NCBI GenBank assembly: GCA_023245935.1
Contig: JAHFJM010000002.1
Location: 33,135-97,134 of the forward strand
Source of the DNA: Candidatus Peribacteria bacterium
GTDB taxonomy: Bacteria > Patescibacteriota > Gracilibacteria > Peribacterales > Peribacteraceae
Length of the DNA: 64,000 nt
Direction: 5' to 3'
Shown here one piece after another: positions 17,106-26,457 of this stretch (position 1 is the stretch's first letter; every line of letters begins with the position of its first letter). The translations under genes were made by a program, and so were the position numbers. The notes below the pieces were generated by a model. The model saw nothing but the letters and a program-made list of their open reading frames with translations, was not told where the DNA came from and searched no databases.

Positions 17106-17898
17106 AACATTTCTCGAACTTGTGCCGAAATCCGCCATCTCTCTCCGTCAGTCGATGACGGAGCTGGAAGCCTCCGGTCTGCCATTCGATGGATACAATC
17201 TCCCCGAGCTGCGGAGGAAAGACCAGCAATTCCTGCAACCGGAAGAGTTGATGCAGATGCGCCTGGAGGGAAGCATCAGTGAGAAGAAACAACTGACACT
17301 CCATCTGCGCACGCGGGAGAGGTCCGTGCAAGAAACAATCGATCGCCTCCGGCTTGCGACCCGAAGCGGTGTGGATCTCGCGCTGCTGGTCACCGGTGAT
17401 CCACTCGCAGAGGCGGACAGTTTTTGCATGCACGCACAGAACGTGCTTCCGATGCTTTCAAAAACCCCTCTCAAGATTGCCGTCGGAGCCGATCTCTATC
17501 AGCCGCATTGGGGAAGGTGGGGACAAAAGATTGATGCCATCCATAGTGGAATCGTGGATGCAGTGTTCACGCAGCCGATCTTCGACCCATCAGTGTTCCA
17601 TGATATTGATGAACGGACACGAGATCTCCTGCCGCGGGAACGAATCTATGCAGGTATCACATGGATGGCAACGGAGCGCAGCAGACGGTACTGGCATGAA
17701 CGCAATGGAGTGCCGCTCGCTCACCTGCCACACGGAGAAAGTGATGAAGAGATCAGTCGCAACAGCTTGTCACAAGCTGTCGACACGCTTCGAACCGCGA
17801 AACAGGAAGGATATTCGACCTATGTCATGCTCATGCGAAATACCACCGCACAATTGGAACGGATCTTTTCGATGGCGGAGAACATACAGGAGGCATAG
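17098..17898 (+). CDS. methylenetetrahydrofolate reductase-like protein
   Basis: The MetF-fold landmarks appear in order: LELVPK, LHLRTRERS, LLVTGDP, VGADLYQPH, VFTQPIFDPSVF, IYAGITW. Overlaps the metE stop (ATGAGTGA). Confidence 0.55.
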   Translation: MSETFLELVPKSAISLRQSMTELEASGLPFDGYNLPELRRKDQQFLQPEELMQMRLEGSISEKKQLTLHLRTRERSVQETIDRLRLATRSGVDLALLVTGDPLAEADSFCMHAQNVLPMLSKTPLKIAVGADLYQPHWGRWGQKIDAIHSGIVDAVFTQPIFDPSVFHDIDERTRDLLPRERIYAGITWMATERSRRYWHERNGVPLAHLPHGESDEEISRNSLSQAVDTLRTAKQEGYSTYVMLMRNTTAQLERIFSMAENIQEA

Positions 17899-17926
17899 AT
17901 GAAGGGAACAGGAGTACCATAGGGAT

Positions 17927-18769
17927 ATGCCGACACCTCCACAGTTCACATGGAAACACGGCGTGCGTGTCGTCCTCGCAATGGGATTCTCCGATTTCGT
18001 CCTGAAGTACCGCGGATCATTTCTGGGCTTCCTGTGGTCCTTCATCATTCCGCTCGTCAAATTTCTCGTGATTTACCATGTGTTTCAACCGTTCATCCAA
18101 GACGTGCCGCACTACCAGTTGTATCTCTTCCTCGGACTCATCCTCTGGGAACATTTTGCGCTCATCACCGGCGCCTGCATGTCGATGCTGCACGAGAAAG
18201 CCGCGATCATCCAGAAAGTGGTGTTCCCGAGATTGCTGCTGATTCTGTCCGTCGGCTGGACGCACTGTTTGATCCTTCTCTGCTACATGATCATTTTTCT
18301 GTGCATCGCGTTCGTGATGGGCATACGACCGACGTGGGGACTCGCGTACGTTCCGCTGCTCTTCATTCAAGCCACGTTCATCGGTCTTTCGGTCGGGATG
18401 ATCCTCAGTTCGTATGCGCTCAAATATCTCGATCTTCAGCATTTGTGGAACGTTCTTTTGCAAGTGTTCTTCTGGCTCACACCCGTCATCTACCCCTACA
18501 AACCGCACGCACCGATCGCGCAGGATCTCGCCAATCTCTTCTCGGGTTCCTGGCATGTGACATTCTGGTCGTCCTTCGACATCTTCATCCGGTTCCAGCC
18601 ACTCTCCATTCTTCTGCACGATGCAAGGCGTGCCATCCTCTATCCGTCGACTCTCGGTGTGCCGTCTCTCGCTCATGCCGCCGGATTCAGCTTCGCATGC
18701 ATTCTTCTCTTCGCACTGAGCGCGATGCTCTTCCGGAATCGCAGTCGCTACTTCATTCAGGAATACTGA
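17927..18769 (+). CDS. ABC-2 type polysaccharide/teichoic-acid export permease (Wzm/TagG-like)
   Basis: Six TM segments and the family-typical FLGFLWSFIIPLVKFLV N-terminal region. Its stop overlaps the next start (TGATG). Confidence 0.8.
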   Translation: MPTPPQFTWKHGVRVVLAMGFSDFVLKYRGSFLGFLWSFIIPLVKFLVIYHVFQPFIQDVPHYQLYLFLGLILWEHFALITGACMSMLHEKAAIIQKVVFPRLLLILSVGWTHCLILLCYMIIFLCIAFVMGIRPTWGLAYVPLLFIQATFIGLSVGMILSSYALKYLDLQHLWNVLLQVFFWLTPVIYPYKPHAPIAQDLANLFSGSWHVTFWSSFDIFIRFQPLSILLHDARRAILYPSTLGVPSLAHAAGFSFACILLFALSAMLFRNRSRYFIQEY

Positions 18770-19497
18770 TGAGCCAACACGCCGTCTCGTGCATCGGCAT
18801 CGGAAAACGGTTCACGAAGTACGTGGTTCCGTCCGTCATGCTGCAAGACCGCATCCTGCGATGGAGAAGGCATGGGAAACACTGGTCTCATACGGCACTG
18901 AAAGACATCACTCTCTCCATTGGAAAAGGAGAGTGGGTGGGCCTATACGGACCGAACGGCAGCGGTAAAACGACGCTTCTCAGAATTCTCGCCGGTCTGA
19001 TGCCTCCCGATTCGGGAACGGTCTCCACAACCGGAAAGCTGTCATGTTTCTTCGAACTGGGAGTCGAATTCCATCCCGAGAGATCAGCGGTGGAGAACAT
19101 CTACCTTCATGGCTTGATCCATGGAGTGGAGCCGAAGGTGATCCTGAAACAGACCGATGAAATCATTCAGCGGGCGGGGGTGGAGTCCCATCGGGATCTT
19201 CCGATCAAATGCTACAGCACGGGCATGCGCATGCGATTGGCATTTATGACGATCATGCGTACCGAATCGGACATCTACTTTCTCGATGAAATTCTCGCCG
19301 TCGGCGACCAGGGATTTCGAACCATCTGCAGAGAAGAATTTCAGATGCTTCGGGAGAAGGGAAAAACCGTGCTGCTTGTCCATCATGGACTTCCTGCATT
19401 GCAGCAGAACTGCGATCGGATTCTGTTCATCGAAGAGGGAGCAATCGTCAAAGAAGAATCGAATACCCCTCACAATCCTTCCGTCATGAAGAAGTAG
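18769..19497 (+). CDS. ABC transporter ATP-binding protein (Wzt/TagH-like, nucleotide-binding domain only)
   Basis: Walker A GPNGSGKTTLL, signature YSTGMRMRL, Walker B IYFLDE. This is the 3' part of track ORF 17950..19497, whose 5' part is out-of-frame read-through over the permease gene. Confidence 0.85.
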   Translation: MSQHAVSCIGIGKRFTKYVVPSVMLQDRILRWRRHGKHWSHTALKDITLSIGKGEWVGLYGPNGSGKTTLLRILAGLMPPDSGTVSTTGKLSCFFELGVEFHPERSAVENIYLHGLIHGVEPKVILKQTDEIIQRAGVESHRDLPIKCYSTGMRMRLAFMTIMRTESDIYFLDEILAVGDQGFRTICREEFQMLREKGKTVLLVHHGLPALQQNCDRILFIEEGAIVKEESNTPHNPSVMKK

Positions 19498-22400
19498 TTT
19501 CCAATCGCTTCTTCATCAGAGCACCGATGACCGTGGGCGAGTTCGTCGACCGAATATCCTGCGCCGCCTTTGCCCCGAGCCGATTTCCAAAAGCACGATC
19601 CTCATAGAGAAGACGCATCGCGGTCGCGGCTTGATCGATATCCGGATCCGCCCACAGATTTCCCTTCTTGTACGGACCGTAATCACGATCCAGTGATACA
19701 AGCTTGTAATCGATGAGGATGCTGTTTCCTTCGTTCATGAAATCCGTATTGCCGGAATAATTCGTTGCAAGAACGGGTTTTCCGCAGAGCATTGCCTCCG
19801 CCATCGTGAATCCGAAACCTTCAGAGCGATGAAGGGAAACATAGGCATCACAGAGCCTCAGAAGATCGTGCGTCGCTTCGAGGGAAAGAAATGAATCGAT
19901 CAGGAGAATTTTGTGACCGGCCGCAGCCTTTGCGAGCCTCGAACGCAGTGTCGGATCGTGATCTGCATTGCTGAATTTGATCACAAGTTCGACGCCATTT
20001 TGATTCTTGAATGCCGAGAGGAAAGCATCAATCACCGCAAACGGATTCTTCCTCTCCGTGACGCTCAGACAGTCGAAGATGAAGAGAAAGACATATCGAT
20101 CTTCGGCGATGCCAAAATCACTTCTGCGATGACCGGAAGCAGAATTGAGAACGACCGGAGGCGGAATCGCATGCACCGGACACGAGACCTGCGCGGCGAT
20201 CGCCTTGGCACTGAAACTGCTCAATACCCACAGCTCATCGAACCGCTTGGATGCGGCAACCCATTCCTTGGGAAAACATTCGATCTCCCATGCCCAGTAT
20301 CCGATCATCTTGTCGGTCTGTACGATCTCGGAACCTTCGCGCTGAAAATATGCTCCGATCTGGTCGGCATTCACATGAATCAGCGTCGTATTGTACGGAT
20401 ACTCCGATGAAAAATACCGGCTGAGATCGGTAGAAACCCTCGGAAGAAACGGAGCCGAAATATTCTTCAGAACAAAAGGAATCTTTGCCGCGGCAATTGC
20501 AGAAACATTCATTCTCGCCAGTTGCCCGACACCGCTGCCGCTCGTGAAATATCCGGCAATATTGAGACCGAATGGTTTCGGCGTTTCAATACCTTGTCGA
20601 ACGGAAGGCATCGTAAGATCCTGCTTTGAGAGCCTTGCACGAAACCACCCAAAGAGACGAGACGGAAGCACCCGACGAAGCACGCCCACGAGCAAGCGAT
20701 AGCAACGGAATGTATTTCTCCTCAAAAATATCCGCCTCAGAAAGGTCGAATGCCGATGTTGTTCCGAAGAACGCAGTGAGGAATGAAACTCTCTCGGAAG
20801 CTCAAAGTGATCGCCGCCTTGATGCACTGCAATCCACGATGCAAAGCGATCATCAGGCAGGGGGAAAGCCTGCAAAATTTCCGGAGTGCTGTGCCGAAGA
20901 ACATCGTGAGCATTCGTCAGCCATCCACCGGAACCGATCTTCGTACACGGCTGCTGAAGCCACTCCCAATAGGATCCGTTTCCCGTACGGAAAGGATTGC
21001 CATATTCGGAACGCTTGCTTCGAGTGAGACTGCTGAAATGACGACGAATGAAGGTGGGAATGGAGACACCGTTCTCAAAAGAGTGAAAGCCATACGGCTT
21101 CTTCCTCTCCGACGCATACCTCTGCTCATAAAGCAGCGCACGATACTGATCGAAAAGGGCACGAAGAGCCGAGTTTTCCGCAAAATCTCGCTCGTTGAAG
21201 TGATACTTGCACAGAGTATCCGGATGCTCGGGTTCATACCCGCTGAAATGGTAAAACGTCAGCGGCATTCCGTTCACCATGTACCGTCCGTGATGAACAT
21301 CGATGCGGCGCTCGTGCAGATTCCAATATGCGACATTGCACGATAGATCGCGCAACACGCACACGCCGGAGAAGAGGCCGGGAACAAGATCGATCCAGCG
21401 CTGATCGAAGAAAACGCTCTTCTCAGGCTGCTGCGTGCAATCCTCCAACACCCGATCTTGCCACCAATGAAGAAAGTTCCTCGTAACCATCGTCTGTGCA
21501 AGACCGATAAAACCGAGGTTATAGACACCAGCACGGAGGATATCCACTTCAGAGGGATGAAGTCCGTCGCTGATCGGCGTGAGCACGTGAGGAGTGAGAA
21601 CAATCGAATGCGTTTGAAGTGCCTGCTCTACGGAAGAAAGAGAGCCGCACACCAGAATATCCGGATCGAAGTAGAGAAGATGCTTCGGAGCATGCGTTTC
21701 GAAGATCCATTGCAAGAAGAACGGCTTGACCGCCGTATGCAGCTCCCGAATGCCATAACGAAAACAGGTTTCCTCCTTGTTCGGGATCTTCAAATCTGCA
21801 ATCGGCACGATCGTGAACGGCTCACTCTTCGGATCGATATCGCCATCGAGAGGATCGACGAGCAGTACGAAAAACGGAGCATCGGAATGATGGACATGGA
21901 ACGACCGGGCAAGTACTCGTGCGTATGCAAGAAAATTCTTCGAAATGATCGTGCAACCGATCAGTGGTGACTTGCTGGCGGGAGCAGGAGATACGGCGCT
22001 CTGCGAAACCGTCAAGACCGGAAGGGTCGTCCCTTTCCTTCCGAGAAAGAGTGTCCGAATCTTCGGCTCGAGAAGACGCAACCAATAGGTCAACTTCCAG
22101 CTCTTGCTCTGCTGCATCCTCTGAAGAGTGCCGGAAAGTGTTTCCACCTCTTTCCGCAGTGAGGCTTGAATGGCGCGAGAGAAGGTTACTTCCTGCTGCA
22201 GTGAGGCTTGGATGGAGCGAGAGAACGTCGCTTCGTGCTCTGCATCCAGAAGTTTTTTTTGCAAGGAATCGGAGAATTGTCTCTGCTCCTCAAGACAATC
22301 GATCAGCAATCGGTTCTGATCTTTAAGCGGCTCGAGCACCGTTCTTCTATTTTTATCATATTCTGTACTCTCGATCACAAGTGAAATTCTCTCGTCCTCG

Positions 22401-23149
22401 ATCGTCTGCATATGCCTTCTCATAGGCTCGGAAAGCGCGAGCGAGTCGATGATTGTTTTCAGTGTGTGATTCCGCTTGAGGTCTTCCCGATCGACAAGAA
22501 TGCCGAGCCCAAAGAGTCCGGGAAGCGTGATCAGTTCCAATGGACGGGAACTCTGCGCGATGAAATCTTCCACCGCGGTGAGCACGCCGTTCTTCACCGA
22601 GTGTTCATAGATCGCATTGTTCAATGAAGCATTGATGCCGGTATCGCTTTGAAGTTCCCCGGTCGTTGGCACCATGCCTTTCTTTGCGAAAGGATGACGG
22701 TAGACGGGAGGAATCCGCTCCGGATCCGAATACATGTCGCGTCTCGCGTACGGCCAACCGGTGTCGTGGAGAACCATCAACGGAAATTTTCCCGTTTGTT
22801 TCGCATTCTCCTCGAGAAGGAGAAGCTCATGGAACACCGTGTACCAATTGTGATCTCCATCGAGAATGACGGCATCGATGGGACCGTCGATTCCCGGTAG
22901 CGCATTGAGACTGGCTTCTTGATAAAAACGAAAGAACGCCTCTTGGCCGGCAGAGAACTCGGCGACATCGAACTGCGGTTCCGGATCGATCGAATGGAGA
23001 AAACCTTGAACGTTCCGGCAGTACTCGAGAAGATTGCGCGTGTTCAAACCTCTTGCGGTGCCGATCTCCACGATCGTCTTTGCACCGGAAGCTTCGAAAA
23101 GAGGCTTGATGAGAGAGCGCCAAAAAAAATGATCCATGCTGGTTTTCAC
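19484..23149 (-). CDS. 1221-aa multidomain glycan assembly protein: class I SAM methyltransferase, coiled coil, nucleotide-sugar transferase-like domain, GT4-type glycosyltransferase
   Basis: N-terminus IVEIGTARGLNTRNLL...VILDGDHNWYTVFHEL (Methyltransf_24/TylF-like). Heptad-like region with a duplicated 14-aa unit. Mid region LLYFDPDILV (DxD-like). C-terminus RSEGFGFTMAEAMLCGKPVLATNYSGNTDF (EX7E GT4 motif). Confidence 0.75.
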   Translation of the reverse strand: MKTSMDHFFWRSLIKPLFEASGAKTIVEIGTARGLNTRNLLEYCRNVQGFLHSIDPEPQFDVAEFSAGQEAFFRFYQEASLNALPGIDGPIDAVILDGDHNWYTVFHELLLLEENAKQTGKFPLMVLHDTGWPYARRDMYSDPERIPPVYRHPFAKKGMVPTTGELQSDTGINASLNNAIYEHSVKNGVLTAVEDFIAQSSRPLELITLPGLFGLGILVDREDLKRNHTLKTIIDSLALSEPMRRHMQTIEDERISLVIESTEYDKNRRTVLEPLKDQNRLLIDCLEEQRQFSDSLQKKLLDAEHEATFSRSIQASLQQEVTFSRAIQASLRKEVETLSGTLQRMQQSKSWKLTYWLRLLEPKIRTLFLGRKGTTLPVLTVSQSAVSPAPASKSPLIGCTIISKNFLAYARVLARSFHVHHSDAPFFVLLVDPLDGDIDPKSEPFTIVPIADLKIPNKEETCFRYGIRELHTAVKPFFLQWIFETHAPKHLLYFDPDILVCGSLSSVEQALQTHSIVLTPHVLTPISDGLHPSEVDILRAGVYNLGFIGLAQTMVTRNFLHWWQDRVLEDCTQQPEKSVFFDQRWIDLVPGLFSGVCVLRDLSCNVAYWNLHERRIDVHHGRYMVNGMPLTFYHFSGYEPEHPDTLCKYHFNERDFAENSALRALFDQYRALLYEQRYASERKKPYGFHSFENGVSIPTFIRRHFSSLTRSKRSEYGNPFRTGNGSYWEWLQQPCTKIGSGGWLTNAHDVLRHSTPEILQAFPLPDDRFASWIAVHQGGDHFELPREFHSSLRSSEQHRHSTFLRRIFLRRNTFRCYRLLVGVLRRVLPSRLFGWFRARLSKQDLTMPSVRQGIETPKPFGLNIAGYFTSGSGVGQLARMNVSAIAAAKIPFVLKNISAPFLPRVSTDLSRYFSSEYPYNTTLIHVNADQIGAYFQREGSEIVQTDKMIGYWAWEIECFPKEWVAASKRFDELWVLSSFSAKAIAAQVSCPVHAIPPPVVLNSASGHRRSDFGIAEDRYVFLFIFDCLSVTERKNPFAVIDAFLSAFKNQNGVELVIKFSNADHDPTLRSRLAKAAAGHKILLIDSFLSLEATHDLLRLCDAYVSLHRSEGFGFTMAEAMLCGKPVLATNYSGNTDFMNEGNSILIDYKLVSLDRDYGPYKKGNLWADPDIDQAATAMRLLYEDRAFGNRLGAKAAQDIRSTNSPTVIGALMKKRLETTSS
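22156..22239 (-). repeat. tandem 42-nt (14-aa) duplication inside the coiled-coil segment
   Basis: Units 22156-22197 and 22198-22239 are 36/42 identical and encode FSRSIQASLQQEV / FSRAIQASLRKEV. Confidence 0.8.
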
Positions 23150-23190
23150 AGGGGGTGCAGTCTACCACAGACTTTGGTAGGGTGCGCAGC

Positions 23191-24063
23191 ATGCAGCCAA
23201 AGAGTCTCCGTGATCAATGGCAGAATATCGTCGATCACCATGGTCTGTGGACTGCTCATAATATCCGTTTGCCGGAGGGGCTTTGGACAATCCGCGAAAC
23301 GGATGAACCGATGAGCAGGATACGCTCCCGTCGCTATCTGCAGATCATCGAAGATATTCTTCGCCGTCCGATTGGCGAACTTCGCATTCTGGATCTTGGT
23401 TGCCTGGAAGGAGGGTTCAGCATTGAGTTGGGGATGCATGGAGCCGAGGTTGTCGGCATGGATGGCAGAGCTGCCAATATCGCAAAAGCAGAATTTGCAA
23501 AGCAAGCATTGGGGCTGTCTCGCGTTTCGTTTCTGCGGGAGGATATCCGTACGCTCTCCCCCGAACGTCACGGAAGATTCGATGCGATTCTCTGCTGCGG
23601 AGTGTTCTACCATCTTCCCTCCAAAGATCTGCTGCCGTTTCTGCGAACACTTCACAGCGTCTGCCGTGGGGTCGGTATCATCGATACTCACATCAGTCTG
23701 GAGCCCGAGCAGTCGTTCGATGATGAAGGAGAACGATGGAACGGCAGGATATTTCCGGAACATCCTCCGGAGTCGTCTCCGGAAGAAATTGAGAAAAGAC
23801 TTTGGGCATCCCTCGATCCGGAGGATAGTTTTTGGCTGACGGAAGCTTCGCTGCTCCAGGCGTTGCACTTGGTCGGCTTCACAACGGTTCATGCGTGCCT
23901 CCATCCGCCGGTTGCCAGTACTCCCGAAGACCGCAAAACATACGTTGCCTGTGCGGGAAAGAGTGTGGATGTTCTCGCAATGTCGCCGAGAACCATCCCA
24001 ACTCCCTTTGAATTTCGTCACTACGAACACGGACAAGATCCCCTGATGAAAAAGAAGCCATAA
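23191..24063 (+). CDS. class I SAM-dependent methyltransferase
   Basis: ILDLGCLEGGFSIELGMHGAEVVGMDGR...ILCCGVFYHL. Start set to the ATG at 23191. The minus-strand ORF 23146..24165 is the antisense shadow. Confidence 0.75.
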   Translation: MQPKSLRDQWQNIVDHHGLWTAHNIRLPEGLWTIRETDEPMSRIRSRRYLQIIEDILRRPIGELRILDLGCLEGGFSIELGMHGAEVVGMDGRAANIAKAEFAKQALGLSRVSFLREDIRTLSPERHGRFDAILCCGVFYHLPSKDLLPFLRTLHSVCRGVGIIDTHISLEPEQSFDDEGERWNGRIFPEHPPESSPEEIEKRLWASLDPEDSFWLTEASLLQALHLVGFTTVHACLHPPVASTPEDRKTYVACAGKSVDVLAMSPRTIPTPFEFRHYEHGQDPLMKKKP

Positions 24064-24064
24064 C

Positions 24065-25483
24065 TCAAGAACCGATGCGCTCCTGCTCGAGATCCCAATT
24101 GCAGAGGACGCTGTCATACCCCCGAAGACGCAGAAACATGCACGAGTCAAACGGCAGTCCGGCATCGAAACAATGAGAAATCGGCGGTGCGACCGCCTTC
24201 AGATGTGCGGTACGGAAGAGTGTGCAGCCGAGTCCCGCACCGTCCACTTCCTCAATGCCGCTTCGTGGTTCTGTCGCAGAATCGATCGTGGAATTTTTGT
24301 TGCGCTTCCAGACCTCGAAGGACGGCGCGGAAGTGCTGCGTACCGGAGCAATGACTGCGGTCGTATTCAGCTGCATCACGCCGAGAAGTTTCTGCAGCGT
24401 ATTCGATCGGAGTGCGATGTCATCGCCAAGCGTAAGAATATAGTCCGTCGTACATTCGCGGATCATCATATTGTACGGACGAATCGCCTTCATTTGCTCC
24501 TGAAACTCCGGATTGCGCTTGGCAATGAACGGACTTCGGTGCGCTTGCAGCGACGAGTCGGTGACGGCAGTTCCGTTGATGAGTCGCACCGATCGAAACG
24601 GCAATCGTCCGATTTCACTCCGAAGCAAGGCGCCGAATGCGGGATCCGCACTCGCATCGAACCAGCAGAGATCGATCATCGTCGGATCAAACCGGAGAGC
24701 ACGCAGTGCTTTGAGGTACTGCGGAAACACGGCGGAAATTCCCGTGAATACGGTGAAGATCGTGATGGGATGGAAGAGGAGAGCTGCATCGTTGCGGTAG
24801 GTGAAATAGGGACTCTGAAGATGCTTCTCGAGCATGCTGTCCTTGTGCTTGTAGTAGAAACTTCGGGTGTCCGCACGTTTCCCCATGTAGTGCGCCGACA
24901 CGAGTAAGCGATAGAAATCCCAGTCTTCCATCGCATGCGGGATGGAACGATACCCGCCGACACAATCGAATGCATGACGACGAATGAGGGCATGGGAACA
25001 GATGTAATTGCTGTACGAAAGAAGCACGGGGTCAAAGTCGAGTGAGCGCCGGAACTCGGTACTCTCGCCGAATTCCTGGACGTCTCCATAGACGAACCCG
25101 ATCCGATGATTCGTAAACGGTTCCAGACACCGCTCGATGTAATCGTTCTGCAGGTAATCATCCGCATCGAGGAACAGCAGAAAGGATGCGAATGTTGCCA
25201 GCGCTCCGCTGTTCCTTGTGGCAGCGAGATCGAGGTTCTCGACTCTGATGTACGTCACCCTTCTGTCCGCATACGAGAGAGCGATGTCTTTCGTGTCATC
25301 CGTCGACGCATCGTCCACAACCATAATTTCCCACGGACGAACGGTCTGGCTGAGGATGCTGTCGATCGCTCGCCGGAGAAACCGACCGTAATTGTGACAA
25401 GGAATGATCACGGCAACGTCTGCAAACGGTCGCTCGTCAACAGGGGGAGTGCCATCAATGGCATCGGGGATTTCTTTCTTCAT
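24065..25483 (-). CDS. glycosyltransferase family 2 (two-domain)
   Basis: VAVIIPCHNYGRFLRRAIDSILSQTVRPWEIMVVDDASTDDT...FLDADD. Confidence 0.8.
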   Translation of the reverse strand: MKKEIPDAIDGTPPVDERPFADVAVIIPCHNYGRFLRRAIDSILSQTVRPWEIMVVDDASTDDTKDIALSYADRRVTYIRVENLDLAATRNSGALATFASFLLFLDADDYLQNDYIERCLEPFTNHRIGFVYGDVQEFGESTEFRRSLDFDPVLLSYSNYICSHALIRRHAFDCVGGYRSIPHAMEDWDFYRLLVSAHYMGKRADTRSFYYKHKDSMLEKHLQSPYFTYRNDAALLFHPITIFTVFTGISAVFPQYLKALRALRFDPTMIDLCWFDASADPAFGALLRSEIGRLPFRSVRLINGTAVTDSSLQAHRSPFIAKRNPEFQEQMKAIRPYNMMIRECTTDYILTLGDDIALRSNTLQKLLGVMQLNTTAVIAPVRSTSAPSFEVWKRNKNSTIDSATEPRSGIEEVDGAGLGCTLFRTAHLKAVAPPISHCFDAGLPFDSCMFLRLRGYDSVLCNWDLEQERIGS

Positions 25484-26457
25484 AGAAGCAGTTGAGAAGA
25501 ATACACATCCGCCGCCTGATTTGCCACATGCTCCCACGCTCTTGTCTTTCGCATGCGATCCGGATTCGATCCCGAGACAGAACGGACAAGATCCGCATGG
25601 TCTCTACACCACAGGATCGCCTGACGAAGCGATGCCTGATCAGCCTCTTCCACGATGAGCCCGCTCTCTCCGGAAACAATCGTCTCCCGGGCAATGCCGA
25701 CCGGAAACGTGACAGGGAAGACGCCGGAGGACATTGCTTCAAGCAGTGGTCTCGGCGAACCTTCTGCCAGTGAAGAACAGAGAAGAATATCGATTTCTCG
25801 GTAGAACGCCGGCATGGCGGACACCGGAAGAGAACCGTCTGCAATTTTCAGTTCGCAGAGCCCCTTGCATGAGTTCACCGCAAGCAAGAATTGCTTGATC
25901 GGGTCTCTGGAATTTCCCGCCCATCCCGCGATGAGAGGACCGGTTCGCACGCTTCCCGAATGAAACAGATCCGTATCCACTCCCTCTTGTGTGAGAAAAA
26001 CCGGCACAGGCAAATCTGCAAGCAGCGAGAGAAGCGTGCTGTTCGGAACGGTGACCGCATGCGCTTCACGCAAATACTCTGCATAGAGATCATCGGGCGA
26101 GAGCCCCGAAAGCTGCCAGCGGAAACTGTAGACACTCTTGATGACTTTCGTGGAAGGAGTCAGAAACGGAAGATGATATCGTTCGCCGAAGTAGAAGACG
26201 TGCACGAGATCGTATTTCGATGCATCGATCACGGGAGCCTCTGCCGATGCCAAAATTTCGAAATGAAAGCGATCGGAACAATAACGAGAGATTGCCTGAG
26301 CAATCGTATCGAACGCCCATCCCCGCTGATCGATGAGCAGAAGAATGCGCGGACGAGCGTTGGCAGGAAGTGTCAGCGCCACTGGGTCGGAGAAAGAAAA
26401 TGACGGCAAACGCAACCCCAGTCGACCAAGGCAATCTTGCCCTTCTCGAATACCCAA
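25480..26457 (-). CDS. glycosyltransferase (GT-B fold, GT4-like)
   Basis: The C-terminal half LLCSSLAEGSPRPLLEAMSSGVFPVTFPVG resembles the EX7E region. The start is uncertain; a GTG near 26379 would remove the 85-nt overlap. Confidence 0.6.
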   Translation of the reverse strand: MGIREGQDCLGRLGLRLPSFSFSDPVALTLPANARPRILLLIDQRGWAFDTIAQAISRYCSDRFHFEILASAEAPVIDASKYDLVHVFYFGERYHLPFLTPSTKVIKSVYSFRWQLSGLSPDDLYAEYLREAHAVTVPNSTLLSLLADLPVPVFLTQEGVDTDLFHSGSVRTGPLIAGWAGNSRDPIKQFLLAVNSCKGLCELKIADGSLPVSAMPAFYREIDILLCSSLAEGSPRPLLEAMSSGVFPVTFPVGIARETIVSGESGLIVEEADQASLRQAILWCRDHADLVRSVSGSNPDRMRKTRAWEHVANQAADVYSSQLLL

